The notes: a model not told the origin generated them from the sequence alone. A stretch of 63,978 bases of DNA, filler included, from Octopus bimaculoides (GCF_001194135.2; 7 parts of 7 records of this genome joined end to end with filler, not necessarily neighbours in it), one strand, 5' to 3'. Counted from the first letter of the whole stretch, positions 11,080 through 24,697 are shown. Numbers and translations are program-made.

Positions 11080-11285
11080 CCTAGGCACAAGGCCTGAAAT
11101 GTGGAAAGGAGTAATGGTCAATTATATCGACCCCAGTATTTGACTGATACTTTATGTTCTCGACGACTGAAGGAAGAAAGATAAAATTGACTTCAGCAGG
11201 ATTTGAAACCGGATCGTAAAAAGCTGGTTACGAGTAGCGTGAGGCATCTATAAAGCCATCCGTAACGATTCTGTCAATCATCTGC
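11080..11285 (-). mobile_element. tRNA-SINE family B, degraded
   Basis: Alignable by eye to 26152-26361 (AGGCACAAGGCCTGAAAT..ATCGACCCCAGTA..TTGACTTC..GGATTTGAA). Confidence 0.7.
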
Positions 11286-11289
11286 CACT

Positions 11290-11698
11290 TTAGGAAGAAG
11301 AGGAGGAGGGGGAAGAGAGGGAGGGGTGAAGATGAGAAGGAAGAGGGGAAGGAAGAGAGGGAGGAGGAGGAGAGGGAGGAGGAGGAGAGGAGGAAAGGAA
11401 GAAGATGAGGAGGAGAAGGAGGAGGGATGAAGGAGGGGAGGGATGAAAGAGGGGAAGAAGAGGAGGAGGAGTGGGAAGAAGATGAGGAGGAAGATGAAAA
11501 GGGGAAGAGGGTGATGAGGAGGAAGAGGGGAGGGTTGAAGGAGGGGAGGGATAAAGGAGAGGAGGGATGAAGCAGGGGAGGGATGAAGGAGGGGAGGAGG
11601 AGGAGTGGGAAGAAGATGATGATGATGAGGAGGAGGATGAAAAGGAGTAGGAAGAGGGTGAGGAGAAGGAGGAGAAGACGAAGAAGGAGGAGGAGGAG

Positions 11699-11731
<33 letters not shown>

Positions 11732-12175
11732 TGACAAGTGAAGAAGAAAAAGGAAATAAATTAGCAAAAATTGAAGACTCTTATCCAGCAATATAGAAAG
11801 AATATATAAGAACGAGATGGAAAAACAACCGAGTAAAGAAGAAGAAGAAAAAGAAGAAAAAGAAAAAGAAGAAGAAAAGAAGAAAAAGGATAGAAGAAAA
11901 GTTTAGCAATAAGAAACATTTTAATGGGATTAAAGATGGGAATGGATATATTAAAAGGAAAGTAAGTGGAATCAAAGAAAAAGATTAGCGCTACTTTCAG
12001 ACACCTAAGGAGAAAGATATGAGGAGAAAGAGAGAGAGGGGAGGAGAAGGAAAGAGAGATACAGAGAAAGAGAGAGGGAGAGAGGGAGATAACGAGAAAA
12101 GAAAGGGCGAGAAAGGGAAGGAGAGAAAGAGAGATATGGGGAGATGGATAGAAAGAGAAACATGGTAAGAAGGAG

Positions 12176-12218
<43 letters not shown>

Positions 12219-12850
12219 AGAGAGATGGAAGAGATGGAGAGTAATATGGAGTAACATGGAAAGAGAGAGAGACATACAGGGAGACATAATAGGAGAGAGA
12301 AAGAGAAGGGAGAGTTGGAGAGAAAAAACATGGTAAAGAGAGAGGTAGAGTGGAGAGAGAGAGGTAGAGTGGAGAGAGAGGTAGAAGGAGAGATAGAGAT
12401 AGAGACACAGAGAGATAGAGACACAGAGAGACAGAGACAGAGACAGAGATGAAGAGAGACAGAGAAAGAGTGAGAGAGCGAGCGTGTGAGTGGGAGTGAG
12501 TGAGAGATAGAGCTAGAGAAAAAGAGATAGGGACAGTCAGACTAAGAAAAAGAGAGGAGAGAGAGAGGGACGCAGAGAGAGGAGGAGACGAAGCGAGAGA
12601 GAAAGAGAGAGAAAGAAGGCGAGAGAGTTGGAGAACGCGAGAGAGTTGGCGAGAGAAAGAGGGGGAGAGAGAATTGGAGAGAGAAAGAGAGAAATAGAAA
12701 GAAACAGGATGAGAGAGACACAGAGAGAGGTAGAGAGAGAGATCGACAGACAGAAAGACAGAGACAGAAAGAAAGAAAGATAGAATGAAAGAGAGAAAGT
12801 GAGTGGGTGTGTGTATGTGTGTTTGAGAGAGAGAGAGAGAGAGTGTGAGA
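11290..12850. repeat. Long purine-rich low-complexity tract ((GGA)/(GAA)/(GA))
   Basis: Direct reading; source of spurious Leu/Ser-rich ORFs. Confidence 0.95.
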
Positions 12851-13194
12851 GAAGGGGGAATAAGTCTGATTGTGTAACTGTACCTAATTATAGATCCGTT
12901 CAAGAATACATCCAAATGAGACGGTTAGGACGGATGGGGGTAGGGTGGAAAAGGGGGGGGAGGTGATGAGGATAATGAATATAAGAAATAAAGAAGAAAA
13001 CAAGAAAAAGAACTGCCTCCTCTCTTACAAAAAAAAAAGCCCAAACAAAATATTTCTCCTGCTCCATTTTCACGAATTTGATGAAAAACATCACTTCAAA
13101 GAGACTCTATATGCACCTGTCAGAATCTGCATCTCACTACATTAGATAAATGGGGGGGNNNNNNNNNNNNNNNNNNNNNNNNNNNNNNNNNNNN

Positions 13195-13585
13195 NGGGGG
13201 GGGGGCAGAAGGAAAAGAGGAGAGGGAGGAGGAAAAGTATGAGGGAGTAGTGGTGGCGGTAGTAGTGGTAGTGGTAGTGGTAGTGGTAGTAGTAGTAGTG
13301 ATGGAAGATAAGCATAAAGTAGTAATAGTGGTAGTGATGGTGGTGGTGGTGATTGTAGTAGTAGTAGTAATAGTAGTAGTGGTAGTAGTAGTAGTAGTAG
13401 TAGTAGAAGAAGAAGAAGAAGAAGAAGAAGAAGAAGAAGAAGAAGAAGAAGAAGAAGAAGAAGAAGAAGAAAGACAAGATAAAATTAGAAATAATAAGAA
13501 TAATGACGACGACGACGATGATGATGATGATTATGATGATGACGACGACGATGATGATGATGATTATGATGATGACGACGACGAG
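13195..13585. repeat. Compound triplet microsatellite (GTA/GAA/GAT/GAC)
   Basis: Direct reading. Confidence 0.95.
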
Positions 13586-14079
13586 TGAGGTGTCAGCTTC
13601 AAAAATAATCAATATTTTTGGCTATTTTCTTGAATGTCAAATATCTCTCATTAGTTGACATTTTAGAGGTATACGTGAGATATTGGCTTTTTTTTTTAGT
13701 CTTTTTTTTTTCACTTTCACTTTCACTTTCGGAAAGAAGATAAACTAATGCAAAACTAGTTACGACACAGGCTGTTGCTGATGTTGTTGTCGTTACTGTC
13801 GTCGTTGTTGTCGTTACTGTCGTCGTTGTTGTTGCTGCTGCACTTGCCCTTGACGCTGTTATTACGATTGTCTTTACTGTTATTTTGTTGTTTAACCGTT
13901 TAGCATTTAAACCGGCCATATCCGGTCCAAATACTCTACCTGTTTTATATATTCATACCGGCTCGATCTAACCTCACACACTTTCTCTTCAATGTCATTC
14001 CAAAAACAAACAATCGTATCATCGAAATCCTGAAGTGACAAAATAATACATGATTTATTCTAAACAATGTGAATAAATA

Positions 14080-14242
14080 GGTGCAGGAGTGGCTGTGTGG
14101 TAAATAGCTTGCTTACCAACCACATGGTTCCAGGTTCAGTCCCATTTCGTGGCATCTTGGGCAAGTGTCTTCTACTATAGCCTCGGGCCGACCAAAGCCT
14201 TGTGAGTGGATTTGGTAGACGGAAACTGAAAGAAGCCCGTCG

Positions 14243-14291
<49 letters not shown>

Positions 14292-14496
14292 ATGTGTCTG
14301 TATTTGTCCCCCCCCCCAACATCGCTTGACAACCGATGCTGGTGTGTTTACGTCCCCGTAACCTAGCGGTTCGGCAAAAGAGACCGATAGAATAAGTACT
14401 AGGCTTACAAAGAATAAGTCCTGGGGTCGATTTGCTCGACTAAAAGGCGGTGCTCCAGCATGGCCACAGTCAGAATGACTGAAACAAGTAAAAGAG
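14080..14496 (+). mobile_element. tRNA-SINE family A, full length
   Basis: Box A TGGCTGTGTGG 14090-14100; box B-like GGTTCAGTCC 14133-42; internal (TA)n(TG)n tract 14243-14290; 3' end GAAACAAGTAAAAGAG. More than 12 related copies in the window. Confidence 0.92.
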
Positions 14497-14563
14497 TTAA
14501 AATTTTGATGCTGGCACTATCCGTGTCTCCATATTTATCATCACATAATTGTTCCTGGTTAAT

Positions 14564-14808
14564 CTTTCGAGAGAACATCAAATAATCCCTTTTTGGAACA
14601 GTGGATCCCGAAGCACATGAAGCTATAAATAATAGCATGTAAATATTGGGCTAAAAACCCCTTTTGGATAGAAAAGTCGAAGGCTACCCAATATTTAGAG
14701 ACTATTAGTTATGACTTTATGTCCAATATTTACATGCTATAATTTAAGGCCTAATGTGCTTCGGGATCCACTGTTCCAGAAAGGAATTATTTTACGTTCT
14801 CTCGAAAG
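14564..14808. mobile_element. Inverted-repeat (MITE/foldback-like) element with arms of about 86 bp
   Basis: 14564-14649 is an imperfect reverse complement of 14723-14808 (TGGAACAGTGGATCCCGAAGCACAT / ATGTGCTTCGGGATCCACTGTTCCA; ATAGCATGTAAATATTGG / CCAATATTTACATGCTAT). Confidence 0.8.
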
Positions 14809-14869
14809 TTTATAAATTTATGACGTCACCAGTTAGTTAACTATTTAATGGTTTCTGTAAAATATAGCA

Positions 14870-15265
14870 CAAACTGAACTATTTGTCTGTTTGCACCTCT
14901 TCCACTTAATTATTTCTGATTAGTTTATTCATGTTTCCTGTATTAAATATACTTTTACTATCTTAAATACTTGTCTGCTTGTCTCATCATGTAATTATTT
15001 CTCGTTAGCTTTTTAATACTCTGTGCATTACATATGCAAACACCAACTTAACTATCTGTCTCGCTCTAATTATTTCTAGTTAGATTTTTAATACTCTATC
15101 TATTAAACGTTAGCGATATGTTAACCACGAGTGTTAAATATGCTAAAGCGAACATAAATATGGATGTTAAACATGCTAACACTAACGTATTTGTCTCAAT
15201 ATAATTACTTCCAGTTAGCTTTTTAATACTCTTTATATTAAATATGTTAACACTAATTTAACTAT
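14870..15265. repeat. Degenerate AT-rich minisatellite (units of about 70-90 bp)
   Basis: TAATTATTTC..GTTAGCTTTTTAATACTCT recurs near 14905, 14992, 15066 and 15202. Confidence 0.7.
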
Positions 15266-15399
15266 GAGTTGAGCGAGATCTGAGAAAGTTCTTGACAGAG
15301 TCAGAACCTAGTTAGACCTTAGTAAATTATAGCAACAAAACCAAAATATATATTCTGTATACGATGTTGAAGTACAGACGGTCAAAATACTTCGAAGAG

Positions 15400-15560
15400 C
15401 TGTATTACACGACGTTAGAGGGAAAATGGTACAATATTTCTATCTCAACATTTTATCGAAGTCTGACAGAACCTAAGAACTGTTTTCTCAACTTCCTGAT
15501 ACACGACAAACTCTGACCTGCAGATTCGCTGTCTCTTCACTCCGACTATCCTGCCTTCAT
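15400..15560 (-). mobile_element. Possible mariner transposase C-terminal relic
   Basis: YQEVEKTVLR...KC*DRN resembles the mariner terminus (YxxGIxKLVxRxxKCxxxxGxY); weak. Confidence 0.3.
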
Positions 15561-16489
15561 TACAACGATTTCTGCTTTTTTGAACTAACCCAAACTGTTT
15601 TCTAAAATATGCCAGGGTATAGTTAAGACTGAGAATATTGACAGAGAAGTTCTTTTTACAACAGTAAAATATTTTGAACACGCACATTTGATTCCTCTGG
15701 TGAGTGGAAGCAGCTATTACAAAGGAAATAATTATTTTCGTAATATTTAGAAATTTGAATTCTTAATTGAAGAGCTGTAAGGAAAAAAGACGCATAGAAT
15801 TTATATATATATATGTGCATAGAATTTATATATTTCTTTGCTTACTTATTTGTAGGCAGTGATAATCATGTTCAGCACTATTTCCTTCTTTTTAGAAATC
15901 GTCAGCATGATATAACCTGTGACTTTTTAAATTAAGTATATTATGAAGTGAAACATTTTATTAAAGATGGAAATAATTACTGCCTGAAAGAAATTTATGG
16001 AGTGTGTTGTGTTTCTTTCTTTTTTTTCCTTAGAACGTTAGTAGCTTTGGAATTTAGAGAAAACAGAGTAAGTTCTTAGTGATTACATACAGGATAATAA
16101 CTATTGCCAGGGAATTCTACCCTGTGAAAATGTCTTACTGTAGCCAAAACTTTCAGTTTTAGATATAAACAACTTCACACGTCGTTTTCCGTGATGTTTT
16201 TTGAGGTGTAGACATTCATTTCAAGCTGTTATTTCATAGTATTAACCATTCGTTTATGTAGTGGAACAGACATCTATCCGAACATACAACACCTTTAAAG
16301 ATGGCTAGACTGGAGCATAAATGACCATCATAACGGTGTTCACAAGCAAACAGTTACCACGGCACGGTGTAGGCGACCATGTTGTTATTTGTTACATCAT
16401 CAATCCAAACAGATTAAGATCTGGAAGTATAGTACCAGAATGTGGATTCTGAGAGACAGTATGTATTCCTATAAGTATCTTGAGAAGGA

Positions 16490-16875
16490 TTTTAAAAAAA
16501 AGGACATGAAGATAAATACATAACTAAAATGTAGGACTTTATAATCAAGTATACAGGATACGTATCTCAGAGATCAGGGAGTTTTTCGAAGTTGAACAGC
16601 ATTGAAGGTCACAGCTTCGGTACTACGGATATGTGAGATAGAATATCGCAGGAATGAGTCGTGAGACGGATTCTTCAAGTCGAGCCAATCAGCAGGAAAC
16701 GTAGGGGCAGACCATGAACGAGATGGTTGGATAATATCCATAGTTTCAGTTGGTCACACTCAGAAAGCTACCCGGAAATTGTAATGAGGAGGTGCTTGCA
16801 ATGGAGGAGGTGCCTGGCGTCTCTGTTCCCCATGAGCCTCTCAGGAATCGCGGATGGAGAAGATTGGATGGATGA
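16490..16875 (+). mobile_element. RTE-clade LINE 3' end
   Basis: RSQLRYYGYV...RILQVEPISRKRRGRP*TRWLDNI, followed by a short (GGAT)n-like tail. Confidence 0.75.
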
Positions 16876-17374
16876 ATGGGCAACACAGAAAATAACACCG
16901 CTGGATACCACACGCAAATTACACTGCATACTTTCTATGATTCACGAAGTTTAATGTATTACAGAGGCTGAAGGACATAAACTCATAAAGAAGAAATGGC
17001 AATGCAATCTTTCCTTGACCTAATTCGCGGTCGAAACATCGGTGTCTCAAAGTTCCCCTTCGTTACAGAATTACGTATGCTGTCAACACGCATTGTCTGA
17101 AGGGTGAAGGTGTTTTCCTAAGACGAAATATGACAGCGACTGACATATTCACGTTCAAATCTGCCATAACGATTTCAAAATGAATATGGACAGCATCGTT
17201 TTCATTCTCGCTTGTTTTTGCGAATATTATTCCCCACCCACTTCTTATTCAGAAAGTACGAGAGATAACAATAAACCTATGTATGTATGTATGTATGTAT
17301 GTATGTATGTATGTATGTATGTATGTATGTATGTATGTGTGTGTGTGTATGTATGTGTGTGTGTATGTATATAT

Positions 17375-18695
17375 TAATGTATGATTTTTCTTTGACCTTA
17401 ATTTAAGTTCTTGAGAGAGACCAAGCCGGTCGCTGACAAAGCGACAAGACATTTTGAATTAAGAGAGTTCTCAGTGTTTGTAAATATGTGGTTGACTTTT
17501 GTGTGTGATTGAACTGTCGATGCATATATCCAAGTGTGAACATCAGTTCATATAAGAATCTCAGATGGAGAACTTTTGGAATATCTTACAAATCTTCACC
17601 GTGCCACTAATAGATTGGATTTGGAGAATCCGTGTCAGTTGTTTTTTTTTTGCTCTTTTTCTGTGAACCGAGTATTTCCCTATTTTTATGAAAATTTGTT
17701 GGTACATAACTTAATGCACTTATAATTTTAGGTAGAAATGAGAATTCATAATCAGGGTACAAGGGGTGAAAGTTCTGCAATCATTTTCCATAAATGTCCT
17801 CTTTTTCCGGGACTTTTGATTGTACATTCACGTCCGCTGAGTAGCTGACCTCTACGGTAGTGAGTGACTTTTGTTCCCTATCCCACAGAACAATATTTCG
17901 AAGCTGAATTGAAGGTTTTACTGGGGTGTTCAGCCAGAATTCCTTGCTTTTAAAGGTATGAATACCTGCTGGTTCCGACATGTCTTTGATGTATACGTCT
18001 GAGCAGTCTTTCCTGTGGATAGCATTGTAAATAGTCTTTGCAACTATATCATGCCTCAGGGGCCGGTAGAATCTCGTAGATATTTTGGGACAGCTGTAGA
18101 GGATGAGGACGATATCTGGTACAGCAGAACCGGCATTTTTCATCACAACGTGGAGGGTTCGTAGCATCTTCGTTCTTGTTTATCAGGTATTTAATAGCTA
18201 TCCCAAGTTCCTGGATAGCGAAAGCATATCATCCTAGATAGAATGTTATATATCCAACACAGGACCAGAAGAGGTTACTCTTCCAGTCAATGTTGTCGTT
18301 GCCCTCTGGCATACGCGATATATATCCATGCATTGCTTTTCTTTAGTACGATGCCCGCTTCTCCTCGAAGTTTCTGTTTAGGTAGGCTAGTTTCGGCCTC
18401 CTTTGCGTCGCATGACATAGTTGTATTCTCACACAACCTGCCCAATAGTTTTTCTCCAATTCTGAAGATGTTGCTGCTCTCAGTTTTGAATAAGCATGGA
18501 ATGTTCCCGTTTCTTTCTTTACTGTTCAGCAGGTCTTGTCTGAGTGATACAATGCGACATTCAATAGCTGTTTGGACTGACCTTATGCCTCTACCTCTAT
18601 CACTTCGTTTCACATAAGTCCTATCGGTTAATGTGTAAGTTGCCAGTGGTGGTCAGTACTTTTCTGGTTTTGAAGTCCAGGCTGCGCATCTCATC

Positions 18696-18696
<1 letters not shown>
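17375..18696 (-). mobile_element. 5'-truncated R4/Dong-clade element (third family): RT thumb, CCHC finger, RLE and 3'UTR
   Basis: Minus strand: EMRSLDFKTRKVLTTTGNLH.., KRSDRGRGIRSVQTAIECRIVSL, SCPKISTRFYRPLRHDIVAKTIY, NIVLWDREQKSLTTVEVSYSADVN..KEDIYG, ..ILQIQSISGTVKICKIFQKFSI* (stop 17561-63). Flanked on both sides by (TATG)n. Confidence 0.9.
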
Positions 18697-18726
<30 letters not shown>

Positions 18727-18824
18727 TGTATGTATTTATGTATGCATGTATGTATGTATATAACTGTTCTTCCTCTTTAGAGTAACACCACAAGTGAATA
18801 GCAATAATAATAATAATGAGGATG

Positions 18825-18943
<119 letters not shown>

Positions 18944-19432
18944 CAAATTCACAAAGCAAAAAAAAAGAAAAATAACGAATATTCATTAACGAAATACTCG
19001 TTGATTATAATAAAAGACTTTCGAATGAGCAATGAAAAGAAAGTTCTTAATTATTGAAAATAATGGTCGAGAGAAGAACGCGTGTTGAATTATAGAATAC
19101 AAATCCTTGAAGAAATAATAAAAAATAAAAAAATAACAACAAAACGATTCTCTATCATAGAAAAGTATAATGGTAAGGTGGTGGTGATGGTGATGGTGTT
19201 GTAACGGTGGTGGTGATGGTGTTGTTGTTGTTGTGGTGGTGGTGGTGGGGAGAGAATATGATCCTTTATTACTGAGAATGTTCTTAGAGGAGTAAAATAG
19301 TCTTTGATTGCGTTAAATGATCCCTTTTTACATTGAATTGTTCCTTAAGTGAATAATTTATATATAGCTTGGTCACACATTTGAAATTACAGGCACTACA
19401 CGCGCACAGGCGCGCGTATAATTACACAGGTA

Positions 19433-19493
<61 letters not shown>

Positions 19494-19499
19494 GCCTGT

Positions 19500-19686
19500 C
19501 TTGCTGCGAGGATGGCCCTCGACCAACACCTCAACGCCAAACACGAAGGTTGCGTCGGCAGAGCTAAAATGCGTGCCTTAAGGAACGAAGGGATCGAAGC
19601 TGCGCGAGAAGCCCGGGTGGCGGAGGCGCAACGCGGTAACAGAGCCACCATTCGGTCTCTAATCGATGAACAGGGATGTAGTTTGC
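19500..19686 (+). mobile_element. Tx1/L1-type LINE ORF2 linker fragment
   Basis: LNAKHEGCVGRAKMRALRNEGIEAAREARVAEAQRGNRATIRSLIDEQG resembles the EN-RT linker (xEGxxxRxR...E..RG...IxxL). GC-rich like the Tx1 fragment at 39558-40092. Confidence 0.55.
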
Positions 19687-19730
19687 NNNNNNNNNNNNNN
19701 NNNNNNNNNNNNNNNNNNNNNNNNNNNNNN

Positions 19731-19742
19731 TTAATTAATTAA
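19731..19742. other. Artificial scaffold spacer TTAATTAATTAA inside N-runs (also 30282-93, 44180-91, 58214-25, 60249-60, 62825-36)
   Basis: Identical 12-mer with stop codons in all six frames, centred in about 100-nt N gaps six times. Confidence 0.95.
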
Positions 19743-19786
19743 NNNNNNNNNNNNNNNNNNNNNNNNNNNNNNNNNNNNNNNNNNNN

Positions 19787-19840
<54 letters not shown>

Positions 19841-20652
19841 TGCGCACACGTGTGCGCCTGTACGTTATCTTGTCAGCAACGTTTCTTTCAACCTTATACC
19901 GTTAAAGAGACGGCCATAATGACTATTTTAATATTAATATTCAGGTTTTCTAAAACTCTGATATACTCTCTTTATACTTAATGGCAGATTAAGAATAATG
20001 TTATCAAGTCAATGAGGTATGCAACTTTTCAAATGTTTTGCACTCAATATTAATACTTTATTGAAAATTATGTATAATATAAATGTATAATTGATGTTAC
20101 ATATACTAAAAATAATCGAGCAATGTGTACCATAATAATAAATCGAAGCAAAAATACATCGAATGTAGTTAAGTCGATGTCTTTCATTATGGTAACTCTA
20201 CTAAAAAAATTATATTTAAAGGTTTCTAAAGAGCTAAGATATAATTGATTTTCGTGGAACATAATTACTTAAGTTATGAAATATATATAATTCAAGGAAT
20301 TTTATTAAAGTTTTATTACTACAAGTATCAACAAATGATGATGATGATGATGATGACGCTAATGATGACGGTGATAATGCTGCTGTTGCAGCAGCTGCTA
20401 CTGCTGATGACGCTGTCGACAACGACCACCACGGTGATGATAATAGCGATGATGAAGATGATGAAGAAGAGGAGGAAGACGAGGATCATCGTCATCATCA
20501 TCATCATAACTATCAACATTATTATCCTGCTCTTCGTTTTCGTCATCATCTTCATCGTCACCATCATTATCCATCTCCTTATCTCATCTCCTCCTCCTCC
20601 TCCTCCTTCTCATCATCATCATCATCACTATCGTCGTCGTCGTCGTCGTCGC

Positions 20653-20700
<48 letters not shown>

Positions 20701-21562
20701 GATGTTATTAGTGAAGCGCTATGGTGCCATGAAGGAAAAGTACACTTCATTTGATAGGTATTGCATTCATTCACAGCTTGTTGTTTATGTTATGATCTAT
20801 TATCCTTGAACGAAACATTTTATTCTACTTCCCTATGGAAACGATAAAAAGAAAACAAAATGGAATTGTTATCACGTTTAAAGTGAGTAGCAACAAAGAA
20901 TGTTTAAAATTAGGAATTCAAGTTGAGTTGTCTACTTAATTTATAGTAATAGTGTATTTCGTAGCTGTGCAACAAATAAAATCAAACAATAGATAATTCC
21001 TTTCAGCTTAGTTGAAAATATGCAAGTAATAAAAACAGTTTTGTAGTTCTAACATTTTTTGGACTTTATCGGTTTCCATGGTAGGGACCGTACACTGACA
21101 GTCGAAATAACATTACTGTCCTTTATATCATCAACATCATCATTAATTAGTTTGGTGGTAAATTATCTCTCTACAGATAAGAGAACATTTGAATCTTTCA
21201 TTCCCATGGGTATTAGAGAAGAGAGTAAAGTAAACCACACTTTACAAATAGCAGCCGAGTTTCAAACTAGAAGCTCTCTTGTCAATTCCAATCCTTTATG
21301 ATTTCTTAATTTAGACGCTTCGTATTAACAAGGAGGTATGGGTGACAAATGAAACTATGACGTTTATGATTTTCTCAAGATTATTAAACGACTTGAGAGT
21401 AAATGACTCCGATAAGCAATTGAAACAATAGTCGACTCAACGTGTTCCAATGATGGTTCTGGGCTTCATAAGAGAGTACACAACCAAGGCTTTTTGTGGG
21501 GAAGCATTCACGATTCAGTCGACCTTCCAATGCATGACTGGTGTCTATTTTATCGACTCAGG

Positions 21563-21870
21563 TGAAGGCGCGTGGGTAGGGCATACGGCTCACAATCGTG
21601 AGTTCAATTCCCGGTAGCATGTTGAGTCCTTGAGCAAAACACTTTATTTCACGTTGATCCAATTCACTCACCTAGCAAAACTGAGTAGTACATATATATA
21701 TTTAAAAGACCAGCCTTGTCACATTCTGTGTAACGCTGAACCTGCCCGAGAACTACATTAAGAGTACGCGTGTCTGTAGAGTGTTCGGTCATTTGCATGT
21801 TAATTTCACGAGTAGGTTGTTCTGTCGATCGGTTTAACTGAAACATTCGTCGTCGTAACCGACGGAGTGT
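21563..21870 (+). mobile_element. tRNA-SINE family C
   Basis: Head GTGAAGGCGCGTGG..GTGAGTTCAATTCCCGG, then GTCCTTGAGCAAAACACTTTATTTCACG; tail GTCGTAACCGACGGAGTG. Confidence 0.85.
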
Positions 21871-22039
21871 CAGTTTGCTTTTATTGATTCGGAAAGAAAG
21901 AAGGGCAAAATCTACTTGAGAATCATTTTGAACTGAGAATGTAAATCTACATAACTAAATACGGCGTCGCATTTCATCTGTTGCTCTACTGTTTCTATCA
22001 CTCAGCATCCCTAGTGTATTTAAATAATCATTTCTAAAA

Positions 22040-23110
22040 AGCACATTATAGTACATTTTGAGAAGGAGATGTTCAGGTACATTCGCTTGACTTTCACTGG
22101 TACTGTTTTATCAACACTAGAAGACGAAAATTCTAAGTCGGCCTCACCAGAATTTGAACCAGAATATATTTAGAAAGATATAACTATATTTCTCAATGCA
22201 TTTTGTTCATTCCACTGATTCTGTTATCCACCGCCTTGAAGTATTCGAATAATGTTTTCATATATACATAGGTACAAGTTCAGAAATATTATGGCGAGGG
22301 AACAGTTAATTATATCCATCCCAGTACTTTGCTGGTACTTTACTTTATTGACTCTGGAAGGATAAAAGACAAAACCAAACTCAAAAGGGTTTAAAGCCAG
22401 AACATAAACTAAATATCGAACAATATTGCGACCGACATTGTAACAGTACTGCGAATTTACCTAAGAACAAATTAAATAAGTTCTTTAATAGTGATTTCTT
22501 ACATGAAAGCAAGTCTTCTTTTCTTCGTTGTTTTCTTTTTTCTTTTCTTCTTTGTTTTTTATTTCATTGTTGTTTTTATTGTTGTTGTTGTTCAGCCCTC
22601 AGTCGGCTCTAATTTAACAGACCTGTGATCATAGATAGTCCAACTATGATTAAGCCAGTTTTTATTTCAAGCATTGTGTATTTAGGATTATATTATCCAC
22701 TGTGACATTGCTATATATTTTTATTTAACATGTTAGGGTATAATTTGAGGGGGATTTCTTTGATATTTCTAGCAAACTGAAGGATCACATCAAGAATCCA
22801 ACATTTATTTTATTTTATATGCTAAAACGTTGGACAAAAATAAAAATATCTTACAGGATTTAGTTCGGCTTTTCTTCTTAGTTCAAACCTTGTTGAGATC
22901 AATTTGGAGTTTTTATCCTTCTGGGATCGATAAAGTAAAGTACCTTGATCATCCACTCCTGCGATACACATTAAGATTAGTGGCCTTGTGTCTATATTAC
23001 AGTACTGGCATGATGAGTGTTAAAGTCAATACTAGCGGGGTTTGAAATCAGAACACTGGAAAGGAAAGAAAGTAAACAATCTAAGTTGTGTGAAGCTTTT
23101 AGAATAGCCT
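22040..23110 (-). mobile_element. Cluster of degraded family-B SINE copies (about 22040-22240, 22270-22440, 22880-23110) and another repeat (22595-22790)
   Basis: Recurrent GGTACTTTA..ATTGAC..GGAAGGATAAAAG..AAA motif and its variants. Confidence 0.55.
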
Positions 23111-23714
23111 TCAACCATTTCCATCCGCTTTTATGTTCGATAGTTTTAATATTAAATAAAAGAAAAAAATGGACATATGTTATGAGATGGATTTATGTCA
23201 TGAAAAGACAGAGACGTGAATGATTGTAAGAAAAATATACCACTGGATCACTTCCTGCCTTCCTTCCTTCCTTCCTTCCTTCCTTCCTTCCTTCCTTCCT
23301 TCCTTCCTTCNNNNNNNNNNNNNNNNNNNNNNNNNNNNNNNNNNNNNNNNNNNNNNNNNNNNNNNNNNNNNNNNNNNNNNNNNNNNNNNNNNNNNNNNNN
23401 NNNNNNNNNNNNNNNNNNNNNNNNNNNNNNNNNNNNNNNNNNNNNNNNNNNNNNNNNNNNNNNNNNNNNNNNNNNNNNNNNNNNNNNNNNNNNNNNNNNN
23501 NNNNNNNNNNNNNNNNNNNNNNNNNNNNNNNNNNNNNNNNNNNNNNNNNNNNNNNNNNNNNNNNNNNNNNNNNNNNNNNNNNNNNNNNNNNNNNNNNNNN
23601 NNNNNNNNNNNNNNNNNNNNNNNNNNNNNNNNNNNNNNNNNNNNNNNNNNNNNNNNNNNNNNNNNNNNNNNNNNNNNNNNNNNNNNNNNNNNNNNNNNNN
23701 NNNNNNTGTTTATC

Positions 23715-23758
<44 letters not shown>

Positions 23759-24644
23759 AACCTTATGAATAATATCGGTCAGATGTTCATAGCAGAACGG
23801 CGCTTCATCCACTGACGTCTGAACAATAGTAGGAAACAGAAAGTCAAGTACCATGGCTTTATATGTTAAAGGTAACTAATTTCATTAACGGACAAAACTG
23901 AAGCTCTTGCATTACTTTATAATCATGACAGCTATTGAGAGCGGCTCTATATCCTGCCTTCTGACTCACTACCAGTTTTGTGTCAACGTAACTAGGTATT
24001 TTTCGAGCAGCTCGGCACATTTAGCTTGCGGAGTTGAAAGCTGAAGGGTATAATTAAGAATTCCATTAATTGGTAAGCGATAAACAAAGCACAAAATGGC
24101 TGCGGCACATCAAACATTAGATGTGTTCAACTACAAACGGGGTCATGATAATAACTCGGGGCTACATTATCATCAGCAGAGAGGGAAGACTTCCGAAAAA
24201 AATATAATTAAAAAAAAAAATGGAAGAAGAAAATACAAAAGAAGCTTTGAAAAAAAAAAAAAAATTTGCAATCCAAAATGTTACTTGATAATTATGCCTC
24301 TTAATTATGCTTGATTCTTTTAATTAGGGAATCAACTAAAAACACAAATGTTGCGAAAATTTGTAGTTTTTGCGTTAAAAAAAATGCGTTGTGTAATAAG
24401 CATTGTGTAAATTGATGTTATTTAAGATGAAAGCATTTTTTTAAAAACCCTAGCTTTGTATATTTCGAAACTGATATTTATAAGTGACTGCAAATGTATG
24501 CATATAGAAAAATACATAATAGGAAGATTTCAGAAGAATACTGATTCCTTATGTGGGAACAAAACTAAACATATATTATGAAATAAAAAGACATTGGGTC
24601 GTTCACACATAGTTTTATTATTATTAGTATTATTATTGTTATTG

Positions 24645-24697
<53 letters not shown>

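Noticed and set aside
11228-12915. Long ORFs (187 and 384 aa) and the many CV/YI/LS/poly-X ORFs in the track
   Set aside because: Translations of microsatellites or read-through of N; no protein-like complexity.
14080-14150. tRNA-like heads with A/B boxes (all SINE families)
   Set aside because: They continue into SINE bodies and lack a complete cloverleaf; not tRNA genes.
17011-17048. GACC..GGTC-GAAAC-ATCG-GT half-hammerhead
   Set aside because: No CNGANGA core, G at the cleavage position and no stem I.
19731-19742. Recurrent palindrome TTAATTAATTAA (six copies)
   Set aside because: Always centred in about 100-nt N runs; an artificial six-frame-stop spacer, not biological.
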